Shown here: in pieces, positions 52,225 through 62,252 of the stretch
Layout: each line of letters begins with the position of its first letter
Position numbering within the stretch: the first letter of the stretch is position 1
Position numbers and translations under genes: made by a program
The notes under the pieces: generated by a model
Told to the model about the DNA's origin: nothing
Database searches by the model: none
The model's input: the letters and a program-made list of their open reading frames with translations, nothing else
Assembly (NCBI GenBank): GCA_963702025.1
Contig: OY969699.1
Coordinates: 1-64,000, forward strand
Source: an uncultured bacterium
GTDB lineage: Bacteria; Babelota; Babeliae; Babelales; Vermiphilaceae
Direction: 5' to 3'
Length of the DNA stretch: 64,000 nucleotides

Positions 52225-52864
52225 AATCACAACTAAAACTACAATAGAACAAGCATGCCGAGAGAAGTGGCAAGAGCGTAAAACTGTTAATTCTATCACA
52301 AAAGAAAAAAATATAACAAAAAGATGGAATCCTCTTCTAGGAAATTCTTGGCGCGACAATAAACCGCATCCTGACGCACTAAAAGATCTGGCAAAGAGAA
52401 TGCGTGCATGGGCACAAAAAGATACATCGTTACGATTTGACGATTTCCTTGATGAAGAGAATGTTCCGACAAGTACCTATTATACGTGGCGCGATGAATG
52501 CCGAGAATTAAAGGATGCGCATGAATTTGCAATTCGCAGACTAGCGTCACGCCGTGAGAAGTTGGCTTTCTTTAAGCAGGCTGACAAAGAAATATTTTTG
52601 AAAACGCAACATATGTATGATCCGAAATGGGATAAAGAAGTTAATCAATATGCTAAGAGTCTGCGACTTGAGGAAGACGTTACTCCTGGTAAGACAAAGT
52701 TCATCGTAGTACATTCTAATGTGTGGGCACCAGAAAATATAGAAAATGCTCCAAAATATCTCTCTGATAATTTGGATGCCGAAGGAAAAGAATATTTGCG
52801 TGAAACTGGCATGGATAAAGATATTGGGGATCTTAGTGATTTCAGAAAACCAAAAAATATTTAA
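52211..52864 (+). CDS. Putative terminase small subunit-like protein
   Basis: HTH-like F.DEENVPTSTYYTW..ELKDA, helical middle and IFLK motif; position after primase and ori. Confidence 0.45.
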   Translation: MSENKITTKTTIEQACREKWQERKTVNSITKEKNITKRWNPLLGNSWRDNKPHPDALKDLAKRMRAWAQKDTSLRFDDFLDEENVPTSTYYTWRDECRELKDAHEFAIRRLASRREKLAFFKQADKEIFLKTQHMYDPKWDKEVNQYAKSLRLEEDVTPGKTKFIVVHSNVWAPENIENAPKYLSDNLDAEGKEYLRETGMDKDIGDLSDFRKPKNI

Positions 52865-52942
52865 TAACCACTAAAGTTATCATGAACAGCTACTCTAAAA
52901 ATCTCATATACTATCCAAAATATTGATTTAGAAGGGAAATTA

Positions 52943-53836
52943 TTGAAGTTACCGCAACCATTTATAGAAAATATAATAAGAATATGGGGCGATCAAGGTT
53001 CTGTATGGCTCAAAGAGTTGCCTGATCTCATAAAATTTTTTTCTATCCAATGGCAACTGAATGACGTAAAGACATTTGATAATCTCAGCTTTAATTACGT
53101 AGCAAAAGCTTATAGCAATTACTATAACCAACCAGTGGTGCTTAAAATTGGTATCCCATCGCCCGAATTTCTCAATGAAGCCCTGGCAGTTGAATATTAT
53201 GGCGGGAATGGCTGCGTTAGATTACTTAAATTCGATCAACAAAAGAGCGCTATGCTTTTGGAGTTAATACAACCGGGAACTACTGTGCAATCATGGTTCC
53301 CCGCTGATGATGATAAGGCGGTAGAAATTGCCAGCCAAGTGATGAAAAAATTGCACTCACGGGCGATTACTGATCCTTCAGATTTTCAAACCATAGATCA
53401 GTGGTTTTCACTATTTGACACCTTAGAAGTTCCTGAAGATCTTAAAAAGCATATAACAAAAGCTCGTTTACTTGCAGATGAATTAAAGCAGACTGTTCAA
53501 GTGCATTATTTGTTACATGGTGATCTGCATCATGATAATATTCTGCTCGATTCCAAAGGGAATGGCATCGCTATCGATCCTAAAGGAGTCGTTGGCGAAC
53601 AAGCATATGAGGTCGGTGCTTTTATGTGTAACCCAGCAGAATTATCAGCGCAGTCTGATTATCCTGCAATTATTGCTCGTCGGTTAGATTTGTTCTCAAC
53701 ATTCTTATCTATTGATAGAAACAGACTTGCAAATGCCTGCTATGTACGCGTCATTCTATCTGCATGTTGGTCTGTGCAAGATAAAGGAGATTGGCGCGAT
53801 GATGTTCGCTTTGCTGAATTAATTCTACAATCTTGA
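52943..53836 (+). CDS. Aminoglycoside/hydroxyurea kinase (APH(6)-like)
   Basis: VVLKIG, LLHGDLHHDNIL, AIDPKG. Confidence 0.88.
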   Translation: MKLPQPFIENIIRIWGDQGSVWLKELPDLIKFFSIQWQLNDVKTFDNLSFNYVAKAYSNYYNQPVVLKIGIPSPEFLNEALAVEYYGGNGCVRLLKFDQQKSAMLLELIQPGTTVQSWFPADDDKAVEIASQVMKKLHSRAITDPSDFQTIDQWFSLFDTLEVPEDLKKHITKARLLADELKQTVQVHYLLHGDLHHDNILLDSKGNGIAIDPKGVVGEQAYEVGAFMCNPAELSAQSDYPAIIARRLDLFSTFLSIDRNRLANACYVRVILSACWSVQDKGDWRDDVRFAELILQS

Positions 53837-53887
53837 TTCTTCTTCTCAAATACTGATAATTTCATAGAAAAAACTGTGAGGAAGAGA

Positions 53888-54721
53888 ATGGTATTCAAAA
53901 AGAAGCTGCTTTTTAATCTACTAATCATAGCAATTCCAAATGTATGCTTATCAATGACCTCCGAGAATGCTGCAATAAGAAAAAAGGCGATAATTATTGG
54001 CGCAAGTTCAGGGATGGGTAGAGAAGTTGCAAAACTATTAAGCAAAGATGGGTATGAAGTGGGGCTCGTTGCTCGGCGCACAGAATTACTCAAATCCTTG
54101 CAATCAGAGTTACCAACAACTTCACATATCAAACAAATTGATATTGCCAGTTCTCATGCGCGCGAACAATTACAAGAATTAATAACTCATATGAAGGGCC
54201 TTGATCTTTGCGTCATCAGCATTAGCGCAAATTGTGATAATCAAAATGAAGGCGCAGATCATTGGGCAAGCAAAGAAAGAACTATTAATGTTGATGGAAA
54301 AGGATTTATTGCGCTTGCAGATTTAGTATTAGAGTATTTTAAAAAGCAAAATCATGGGCATTTAGTAGGCATTTCATCCACCAGTGGCCTGCGCGGCTCT
54401 GCCGCAACTCCGGTTTATTCAGCAATGAAATCCGGCATATCTTGCTATATGGAAGCGCAATGGAATTATATGGCTCAAAATAACTATAATATCCACATAA
54501 CCAGTGTGGTCCCCGGTTGGGTCGCCATTGAATACGCTCCGATGGGAACCGATCCGGCAGCTTATTGGGAAATTTCGGTTGAACAGGCCGGCAGAGAAAT
54601 TATGGCAGGTATTAAAGCACAAGAAAAGATGGTGTATGTGCCGCGCAAAGTCTGGCTTGTTGCATTACTTCTTAAATACTTGCCCGATTGGGTTTATAAC
54701 AAGTATTTAAATTGGTTGTAA
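53888..54721 (+). CDS. SDR family oxidoreductase with N-terminal leader
   Basis: IIGASSGMG, YSAMK. Confidence 0.9.
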   Translation: MVFKKKLLFNLLIIAIPNVCLSMTSENAAIRKKAIIIGASSGMGREVAKLLSKDGYEVGLVARRTELLKSLQSELPTTSHIKQIDIASSHAREQLQELITHMKGLDLCVISISANCDNQNEGADHWASKERTINVDGKGFIALADLVLEYFKKQNHGHLVGISSTSGLRGSAATPVYSAMKSGISCYMEAQWNYMAQNNYNIHITSVVPGWVAIEYAPMGTDPAAYWEISVEQAGREIMAGIKAQEKMVYVPRKVWLVALLLKYLPDWVYNKYLNWL

Positions 54722-54730
54722 TATGGCTTT

Positions 54731-55789
54731 TCATTTCCAGAAATTATTTAACTGATATACCACAAATATTGCACTATGATCCGATGCAAATAATCGTTTA
54801 TGCGGTTGTTTGCAAGAGCCAAGAGGCAGCAGTTGTAAATCCGTAGAATATTCTCCTATATGCGAAACCCACAAATTACTTTTCATCATATTTGGATTAT
54901 GGAAAATTACATCCAGATAATAGGCCTTCTCAAAATCACCATCAGCAGTGATTGGATTTACGCGGGGATGATCCTCATATCCCATAAATGTGGTGATGGA
55001 GCCTGCAGTTTGGGTATTTTTACGCGAATCGCACACATAAACAGCCGCATCATATATCGCATAGGCATTTAAATCTCGCGGATAGTGGAAATTTCTATCG
55101 CCTGCTGATATCCAATACCCGTTTATTTGTTGTAATAAACTGAGCTCTAATTGGCTCGATAACAAACGAGGATTAATAATTCCTGTCGGATCCTCATCAT
55201 GTGCAAAATGGCTATTAAAAATTGCAATTTCTTTGTTGTTGGCAAGAAAAATAAGTGTTGCTCGTTGTAATGCTTTGGGAAATGCACTTTTCCAAGCGCC
55301 CCACGTTTGGGAAGGAACAACTGGCGTATCAGAATACCAGAGCATATCAGTTGATTTAAGAGCAAAAGCATCTTTTATAAAACCGATCACCAACCCCTCT
55401 TGAATATTAGATGCGTTATTTTCAAGATTATCCCCGGTTACGGTGTTAAATCCAACAATAGTATAATTGACAAGCATATTCTGCAAATCGAGTAATTGCT
55501 CGTGAGTTATTTCTTGCACTGCAAAAGCATCTGCACAAGAAAGCAACTTGCTCACTGCATATTTTCTATCTTTCCAAAGATGATTTTCATTATCAAGACC
55601 GCTTAATTGAATGTTGTAGCTAAGAAATTTGATTTGCTGGTTAACAGAATAATGATTGTCAAACTCTGTTTGTTGTTCTAACTGATTTCGTACTATCTTA
55701 GGGAATTTACTATGATTTGTTATATGAGCAGTGCTTGCAAAATTAAATGTGCTGAATAGAAAGAATCCAGTAATGAATTTATTTTTCAT
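54731..55789 (-). CDS. Secreted endonuclease/exonuclease/phosphatase family protein
   Basis: SYNI, VQE, NSHF, GDRN, SDH. Confidence 0.85.
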   Translation of the reverse strand: MKNKFITGFFLFSTFNFASTAHITNHSKFPKIVRNQLEQQTEFDNHYSVNQQIKFLSYNIQLSGLDNENHLWKDRKYAVSKLLSCADAFAVQEITHEQLLDLQNMLVNYTIVGFNTVTGDNLENNASNIQEGLVIGFIKDAFALKSTDMLWYSDTPVVPSQTWGAWKSAFPKALQRATLIFLANNKEIAIFNSHFAHDEDPTGIINPRLLSSQLELSLLQQINGYWISAGDRNFHYPRDLNAYAIYDAAVYVCDSRKNTQTAGSITTFMGYEDHPRVNPITADGDFEKAYYLDVIFHNPNMMKSNLWVSHIGEYSTDLQLLPLGSCKQPHKRLFASDHSAIFVVYQLNNFWK

Positions 55790-55804
55790 AAAAAACCTGT
55801 TGTT

Positions 55805-56638
55805 TTAATTTATTAATTTTATTCGGCATAATGGACATGAAGAATGAGTTTCAAACCATTTGTTAAGACATTCATTACAAAATGAATGATTACAAGTAGT
55901 AGTTATTTCCGGTTTTGTATCGTAGCAAATAGGACATTCAGAAGTTTCTTGTTTCTGGTCCTGTTGCTTTCCAGTGAAAATTTTATCGTGATATTTCGCA
56001 TCAAGTGCAAAATTTATTTGTTGTAGGTATTCAGGAATTGTTACTTTTTGCTGTTGTCGACCATTATGCTTTTCATTCAAATCAACACCCGCTTGTAAAA
56101 TCATATCTATAATTTCTTGCTCACCGTTTTTTAATGCTAAAACTAACGGATGATCTTCTATATAGAAAGAAAATATGCCTTTTTTCAAAGCGCCTGCATT
56201 CAGAAATAGCTTTGCCATATCATTATTTTTACGATTGAGCGCAGATGTCACATGCAGACTCCCGCATTCATTTCCTTGAGAAAGAAAAAATGCGACAGCT
56301 TTTTCTTTGTTCTCTATTGTTGCACACCATAGTGGAAGCTTACCTTCCGCCAAAGCACTTTGCATTGCGCAAACGACTTCAAACCCGGTTTGATCATGGG
56401 TATCTTGCGCTTGTAGTTCAAGAGCTTCTAATAAAATCTCTTTTTTCTTTGTTTCTAAGCTTGATTTGCCAATAAGATAAGATTTATGGGAAAGAGTGCC
56501 ATTACAACTTTTTGTTGTATCTATAATACTCATTACAGCGTCGACGCTCCGCATGAGAGGTAAGGGCTTTCGCATGTTCATTGTTATCATATTGAGTGGA
56601 CAGAAGAAGAAGAAAATTACTAACAGATTAATGTACAT
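55805..56638 (-). CDS. Secreted ankyrin + C3HC4 RING finger protein
   Basis: CPICYD...CNHSFCNECLNKW....CPLCR; ankyrin-like repeats; leader peptide. Confidence 0.88.
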   Translation of the reverse strand: MYINLLVIFFFFCPLNMITMNMRKPLPLMRSVDAVMSIIDTTKSCNGTLSHKSYLIGKSSLETKKKEILLEALELQAQDTHDQTGFEVVCAMQSALAEGKLPLWCATIENKEKAVAFFLSQGNECGSLHVTSALNRKNNDMAKLFLNAGALKKGIFSFYIEDHPLVLALKNGEQEIIDMILQAGVDLNEKHNGRQQQKVTIPEYLQQINFALDAKYHDKIFTGKQQDQKQETSECPICYDTKPEITTTCNHSFCNECLNKWFETHSSCPLCRIKLIN

Positions 56639-56673
56639 TCCGATCCTTAAGATAATATAAAGTCCTAATAAAT

Positions 56674-57855
56674 TTATTCTTGAATGAGTGGTTTGTCGGT
56701 GAAAAACAATGATAAACGATCAGTGAGCTTTTTGAATTCTCTCTTATCAAGTTCTTCTAATTCTTGCGCAGTCATTGCTGGATCAAGCGGCAAAAATGTT
56801 CCTCCAAGCGTTGCATAAGAAGCAACTCCTTGAGGGTAATCAGAGGAAACTGCGAGCGATTTTGGAAACATAAGCACAATCTCTTCTGCATTATTCTGTT
56901 TTACTTTTGCATAAAACATGTAATCCATATGTTCTTTGCCAGCATCCTCATTCAACACAATAAGATGCCCTCGTATAGGAATCATACTTGCATCGCTATT
57001 AAGCTCTTCGCTGCCCATGCCGGTACAATTAAAAATAATATCTTCTTTCATTTCATTAAATGAAGATACATTTCCTATTTCAATGGCAATGCCAAGCCGT
57101 GCAACTTCATCATGCAATTGCTGCATAAGCTTTGCAGTATCCATAAAATATGTCATGAATTTTACAAAGTTCTCATGCCGCACACTATTGCCAAAATCAA
57201 GAACAACCGTTTCGCGTGGTGGGATTATGCCTTCTTCTTCAAGTCCTTCAAAACCAGAATACATACCATCCATGCAATATATTGGCAAAAATCTTACCGA
57301 CCCTTGCCTAAGATAAGGATGAGTGCCAGCATCAACGGATTGGTAGATTTTAAACGTTTCAAATACCATTTTCTTGTGTTGTTCTTTTTCTGTACCTGCC
57401 ATAGTGGTGCTATCAAGCGCAAAACAGCCTGGTGCGCGCCATGAAGGAAGATCATAAAGATCTTTGGTTATAATTTTACTTACTGAATAACCGCGACGAG
57501 CTAATTCAATTGCTACTGTCAACCCCATGCAGCCAGAACCAATAACACAAATTGGTTTGTTCAAGACTTGAGCATGATTTTCTAAAAGCTTAATGGCATG
57601 ATTGATCGAACTGAATAACGTTGACCAACCAAATCCTGCATGCCCATAACAATGTATAATCCGCTTTTGGTTAATTTGTTCAAAAGAAATATTTACACCA
57701 TCATGCCGTTTTGGGCGTGTGCAGGTGATATACTGCAAAATAGTCTTTTCAGAAATGATCGGCGGTTTTAAATAAGCAATTTGATCAGTGCAGAATAATT
57801 CCATGGTGGTCAGTAGTCCAAAAAATAATATGCGATTAAAAATACCGAAATTCAA
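56674..57855 (-). CDS. Circularly permuted D-amino acid oxidase-like protein, secreted
   Basis: HCYGHAGFGW before VIGSGCMG; FNCTGMGS; PIRG. Confidence 0.8.
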   Translation of the reverse strand: MNFGIFNRILFFGLLTTMELFCTDQIAYLKPPIISEKTILQYITCTRPKRHDGVNISFEQINQKRIIHCYGHAGFGWSTLFSSINHAIKLLENHAQVLNKPICVIGSGCMGLTVAIELARRGYSVSKIITKDLYDLPSWRAPGCFALDSTTMAGTEKEQHKKMVFETFKIYQSVDAGTHPYLRQGSVRFLPIYCMDGMYSGFEGLEEEGIIPPRETVVLDFGNSVRHENFVKFMTYFMDTAKLMQQLHDEVARLGIAIEIGNVSSFNEMKEDIIFNCTGMGSEELNSDASMIPIRGHLIVLNEDAGKEHMDYMFYAKVKQNNAEEIVLMFPKSLAVSSDYPQGVASYATLGGTFLPLDPAMTAQELEELDKREFKKLTDRLSLFFTDKPLIQE

Positions 57856-57869
57856 GACGGACCTCTCTT

Positions 57870-58454
57870 TTAATCAGGATGGTTGATCAAGTGAGCAATA
57901 CCTTTTTCTTCGGGCAGAAATGCGCTTGCTGGAGAATGTTGAGTTTGGCTATTGCTTTTATATGCTGCATTTAAGAACGCGGCTCGATTGGGATAGTCGT
58001 ATGATTGCCCATCCAAATTTCCTGGTTTGATATTGTCATTCATAGGAGCATGCATTTGCATCATGCTCGATGGCTGGCCTAAATATATCGGTATATCCTC
58101 TCCTTCCCATTTCTTCTTGGAAACTATTGGATAACCTGTTCGTACGCCTCGCTTACTCATCAACAAATTAAACAATCGTTCACTTTCTTGATGATCTAAA
58201 TCAATTGATATTTCAGAATCTGCATGTTTCACAAAGATTTCTGCATGGGTTGGCTTTAATCGATTTTTATGAATCTTTATTATTTTTTCAGGGCTAGCCT
58301 CTTGAATCACTGCTGTTAATTCAGTACCATTCTCATGCTCCTGAACTTCGATTTTTTTTGCCTGATCAAGTAATTCAACGAGAGTGAATCCTTGTATGTA
58401 AAAAGGAGAAAGGAGAAGAATGGTAGCTAATATTACTTGTTTTTTTTGATTCAT
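57870..58454 (-). CDS. Secreted hypothetical protein
   Basis: Signal-like N-terminus; lies in a co-directional run. Confidence 0.55.
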   Translation of the reverse strand: MNQKKQVILATILLLSPFYIQGFTLVELLDQAKKIEVQEHENGTELTAVIQEASPEKIIKIHKNRLKPTHAEIFVKHADSEISIDLDHQESERLFNLLMSKRGVRTGYPIVSKKKWEGEDIPIYLGQPSSMMQMHAPMNDNIKPGNLDGQSYDYPNRAAFLNAAYKSNSQTQHSPASAFLPEEKGIAHLINHPD

Positions 58455-58464
58455 AGATATGTCC

Positions 58465-59382
58465 TTATGCAATTTGCTGAGCTATAAAATTTAAAGATTT
58501 TAATCCTTCACGTTTAATATTCTCATCTTCAGATTTGTGCCCATAAAGAACTAACACGCTGCTATGGTATACTGCGCGCAATCGAGCAAGTGCCCATGTT
58601 TCTTTTGGAATATCGCCATATGCATTTCTAAATGTAGCATGTGCGCTTGAAGGCAAGAGAGTGTGCGCAATGGCAAGATCTACTGCAGAATCGCCAATAT
58701 GAATATCGCCCCAATCAATTACTCCACTTATTTGATGATTATCATCTAATAGAAGATGGCGTATATAAAAATCTCCATGGACTAAAGCATTACTTTTTGC
58801 TTCTTGAAGTTGATGAGCAGTATTCAAAATTTCCAGAAGTCTATTTTTGTGCTGCAGCAAATGAAGCGATTCTAGTTCCTGTAGATTTTGCTCAATTTTC
58901 GAAATGAGTTTAGCGATGTTAAGTCTTCCAATAGTATCGAATGGCAAAATATGTTTGAATTGCTCGATGGGAGTTGCATGAAGTTTTCTCAAAAATTTTG
59001 CTATTGGAATTGCCAATTCTTTTCGCTCTTCATCTGAAAGATTCGCTTGATCGGCAGTTATTCCTGACAAGATACGGTAGCCAGTAAAAAGCCATGGAAA
59101 TTTATCCGATGGATTTCCCGCCCATTCTGGAACCGGTATTGGCAATGGGAGGTGAGCGGCTATTTTAGGCAAAGCTAGAAGCTCATTTTGCAATAAATTA
59201 ACCGCGATTGCTCTGCGAGGGAATCTAAAAACATATAAATCATTAATGATATAGGCAGAGTTATCCCAACCAATACCTAATAGTTGTATTGTTTGCGCAT
59301 TAAGATCTTTAAATTGATCCTGAATAATCGATAAAGCCACACCAGGCTCAATACTATGTTCTGCATCCCAAATGTTTGCCAT
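58465..59382 (-). CDS. APH-family phosphotransferase
   Basis: GWDN, VFRFPR, LVHGDF, GVIDWGD. Confidence 0.9.
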   Translation of the reverse strand: MANIWDAEHSIEPGVALSIIQDQFKDLNAQTIQLLGIGWDNSAYIINDLYVFRFPRRAIAVNLLQNELLALPKIAAHLPLPIPVPEWAGNPSDKFPWLFTGYRILSGITADQANLSDEERKELAIPIAKFLRKLHATPIEQFKHILPFDTIGRLNIAKLISKIEQNLQELESLHLLQHKNRLLEILNTAHQLQEAKSNALVHGDFYIRHLLLDDNHQISGVIDWGDIHIGDSAVDLAIAHTLLPSSAHATFRNAYGDIPKETWALARLRAVYHSSVLVLYGHKSEDENIKREGLKSLNFIAQQIA

Positions 59383-59409
59383 GCTATCCACTTCCTAAAT
59401 TATCGTGGG

Positions 59410-60156
59410 TTATTTTTGCAAGCTATTCTTAAGTTCATTAGCATAGTTTTCAAATAAACTTGCAAATGGCGCCCAGAACTGCTCACCATTTTTAAAATCA
59501 TCTTTGATGGTTGTATCAATCGACGAAAGAGCTTGAATAGCTGCTTCTTTATTCTGAGTTTTTTCGATAGTCATTTGAATAATATGCATATCATGCTTTG
59601 CTCCAAAATACTGGATTGCTTTAGTTTGCAACGCATTAAGAAATGCGAGGTTGCTTGCAAAGACTATTGCATAGGCTATTGCTGCGCGCACCCATTTATT
59701 TTGTATGCAATTAGTTTTGCCCAGAAGCCAATACAAAAGAAGCATGAGTCCAATGGTTAGAAAAATGAATAAGAAGGGAATTACTTTTACTGAAAGCGGT
59801 TGGACCCCATTTTTAAGCATTAAAAAATTGCGGCCAAGCAAAAAAGTTTGTTGATCAGGGCTCAAAGTTTTAAACCACTCTTCGTTGATTATAAAAAATG
59901 GATTTTTAGTTTGTGGATTAATGCCTGCGGCGATGAATTTATTCCACGGATTAATTTGTAACCCGGCTTTTTTAGGCGCTGCAACTTCATATGCTTGCTC
60001 AAAGTCAAAAAGTTTTGCAGCATTTTCAGCCAATGCGATAATTTCTGGGGAAGCTGGCATTAAATAACCATCTTCAATGAAATCTATTGTTTTTGAAGGC
60101 GCATTATAGCTGATAAGCATGCAAAAAATAAGAGCACAATTTTTTAAAATATTCAT
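59410..60156 (-). CDS. Catalytically degenerate M48-like paralog
   Basis: LSPDQQTFLLGRNFL aligns with LSSEEQRFLIGHEMVH of the neighbour. Confidence 0.6.
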   Translation of the reverse strand: MNILKNCALIFCMLISYNAPSKTIDFIEDGYLMPASPEIIALAENAAKLFDFEQAYEVAAPKKAGLQINPWNKFIAAGINPQTKNPFFIINEEWFKTLSPDQQTFLLGRNFLMLKNGVQPLSVKVIPFLFIFLTIGLMLLLYWLLGKTNCIQNKWVRAAIAYAIVFASNLAFLNALQTKAIQYFGAKHDMHIIQMTIEKTQNKEAAIQALSSIDTTIKDDFKNGEQFWAPFASLFENYANELKNSLQK

Positions 60157-60965
60157 ATCGTTTCCTTTGAGTTGTTTTGCATTTCTTTGCAATATAGTTT
60201 TCGTTCTTCGCATGAGGGGTGATCTGAGAATAAGCCATAACAAGGATTATGAGCAGGTAAATTAAATTCCTTCTGCCAGCGAGTTACCAGCTTTGTGCAG
60301 CCTTCATAACTTTTAAGTATTTTTAAAGACTGGCAGTCGGCCACTTTTTCAATATGCTTGCGATACGCAAGGCCGATTATGTTTGGGATGGAGAGGCAGA
60401 TGAAGACAAGCACGCCTGATATTCCGCCCATAATATATTTCTGATAGTGCAGACCTTGTCCAAGTCTTTGAATTTTTTTGGTTAAAAAATATGCAAGGGC
60501 AACCATTAATAAAAAGAGCGAATGTAAAACTAAATTTAAATAAAGTGTATGCCGTTCTTTGATATGTACCATTTCATGGCCAATGAGAAAGCGTTGCTCT
60601 TCGGATGATAAATCCTCCAAAAAGCCTTCACTTATGAATAAGTAGGGGGCACTGTTGGTAGGAATGAACGTAAGCAGCAAAGGAAAATAGGCGAATGCAT
60701 TATGATATCCAAAAGTAATCATAGCCTTCTGATTCATTTTGCGGATGATAATCGGTTCAGAGATGCCCATTTCTGCTGCAATACTTTTAATCTTTACTTC
60801 TTGATCAGCGTTAAGAGACTGGCACCCTAATTCCTGTTGGGTTGTTCGAGCAACATATGAATTGATTTTCTGGCTCAGATAATTTCGTGCAAAGAATATC
60901 CCAGTTCCACCAACAAAAACCAGTACAAGAATGTATAAAAATAGTCGTAATTTTAAAGTCATCAT
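60153..60965 (-). CDS. M48 family metallopeptidase
   Basis: GHEMVH, EKVAD, SDHPS. Confidence 0.85.
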   Translation of the reverse strand: MMTLKLRLFLYILVLVFVGGTGIFFARNYLSQKINSYVARTTQQELGCQSLNADQEVKIKSIAAEMGISEPIIIRKMNQKAMITFGYHNAFAYFPLLLTFIPTNSAPYLFISEGFLEDLSSEEQRFLIGHEMVHIKERHTLYLNLVLHSLFLLMVALAYFLTKKIQRLGQGLHYQKYIMGGISGVLVFICLSIPNIIGLAYRKHIEKVADCQSLKILKSYEGCTKLVTRWQKEFNLPAHNPCYGLFSDHPSCEERKLYCKEMQNNSKETI

Positions 60966-61137
60966 TATTCCTAAAGGACAGGGCAAGTTACTAATCAATA
61001 GTATATAGAAACTTAAAAAACGAGCAATTTAACAGGGTTTTTTGGCAATCAAAGTGATTTTACCTCCAACTTGCTTCCTTCAGGAAGATAATCCAATAGA
61101 CATTAGAATGCCTATTGGATTATGCAAATAGTAATTT

Positions 61138-61650
61138 TTATAACTTCTTCTTCATATAATAGCGTTGATGGCCAGGAGGGCAATCATCCAACGTCCCAAA
61201 TATTTCATAGCCATGCTTGATATAAAAATCTTTAGCCTGAAAATCAAAGGTATCCAAGTGCACCAATGTGGCCCCCATTTCTCGTGCTTCTTGTTCTACT
61301 TTTTCAAGTAACGCACTTCCTAATCCTTTCCCTCGGTAGTCCGGTTCCAAATAAAGTACTTCGATGTATAGAATCTTCCAATGATAGATATCAGCTTTGA
61401 TTCCTGCAATAATTTTTCCCTGATCTTTAATTATATAATTTTTTAAAATTAGATTTTCTTTTTGCGTAAACGGAACTTGTACATTCATGTGTTGAGCAAG
61501 TTGATTATCAATAAAATCAGCCTCTTGTATGGTCGCAGGAACTATAGTGAATGATAATTCTTTAGGCATATTCATTTTTTTCAAGAAAAAAATTACGGTT
61601 GCTATACCAATAATTACGCTCAGCAAGTATAAGAAATGATTCAGTTTCAT
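61138..61650 (-). CDS. GNAT N-acetyltransferase
   Basis: YRGKGLGSALL, LDTFDFQAKDFY. Confidence 0.9.
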   Translation of the reverse strand: MKLNHFLYLLSVIIGIATVIFFLKKMNMPKELSFTIVPATIQEADFIDNQLAQHMNVQVPFTQKENLILKNYIIKDQGKIIAGIKADIYHWKILYIEVLYLEPDYRGKGLGSALLEKVEQEAREMGATLVHLDTFDFQAKDFYIKHGYEIFGTLDDCPPGHQRYYMKKKL

Positions 61651-62252
61651 CGCCAGCCTACTTCTTTAAGAAAGATATCCCAATAGGCATCATAGCGCGC
61701 TAATTCTTCTGCGGTGGCAAATCCGCCTTCGCCGGCTCCACATGCTTGCTTATTTTCAAGAAAACTCGATAGTCCAAGGGCCTTCCGGCGCTCGTCCACA
61801 TGTTCCGGGTCATAAAGATCCCAAGCAACCCACCCGGTTGGACTTGGGGCGAATTGAGTACCATAGACTTGTTGGTGTCCTTCATAAAGAGCAATGCGAT
61901 CATAGAACTTAGTATATTTATTAGCTACCGGCTCCCCAGCCTTCAAAGCTTCTTCAAGTATTTGTAAAACTTTTCTCAAAAGAGCTGGCTTTGAAATGGC
62001 ATGAATTGCGATCATCCAAGCTGCTTCATGGATTTCTTTGCCGTATTTAGAAGGATATGGCCATCCGTAATGATCTAAGAAATCTTCAAGAAATTCCGCA
62101 TTTTCTTCGTGGATTGCGCGCATTTGAGGATGATAACCTTCATTTAAGAGACCAGCTTCTTCTAGTTCTGCACGAAATTTCATATCATGCGCAAGTGCAT
62201 CGATTAACTGTTGGCATGCTTGTTGGAGATTATCATTGAGCTGCATATTCAT
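61647..62252 (-). CDS. DUF6624-like protein
   Basis: YGWP, AAWMIAIHA, DR..Q.YGTQF, VDERRKALGL. Confidence 0.8.
   Translation of the reverse strand: MNMQLNDNLQQACQQLIDALAHDMKFRAELEEAGLLNEGYHPQMRAIHEENAEFLEDFLDHYGWPYPSKYGKEIHEAAWMIAIHAISKPALLRKVLQILEEALKAGEPVANKYTKFYDRIALYEGHQQVYGTQFAPSPTGWVAWDLYDPEHVDERRKALGLSSFLENKQACGAGEGGFATAEELARYDAYWDIFLKEVGWR

Noticed and set aside
47454..52864. Complete prophage
   Set aside because: No capsid, portal, large terminase, tail or lysis genes
61088..61123. 16-bp inverted repeat
   Set aside because: Adequately explained as a terminator or stabilising hairpin after the GNAT gene
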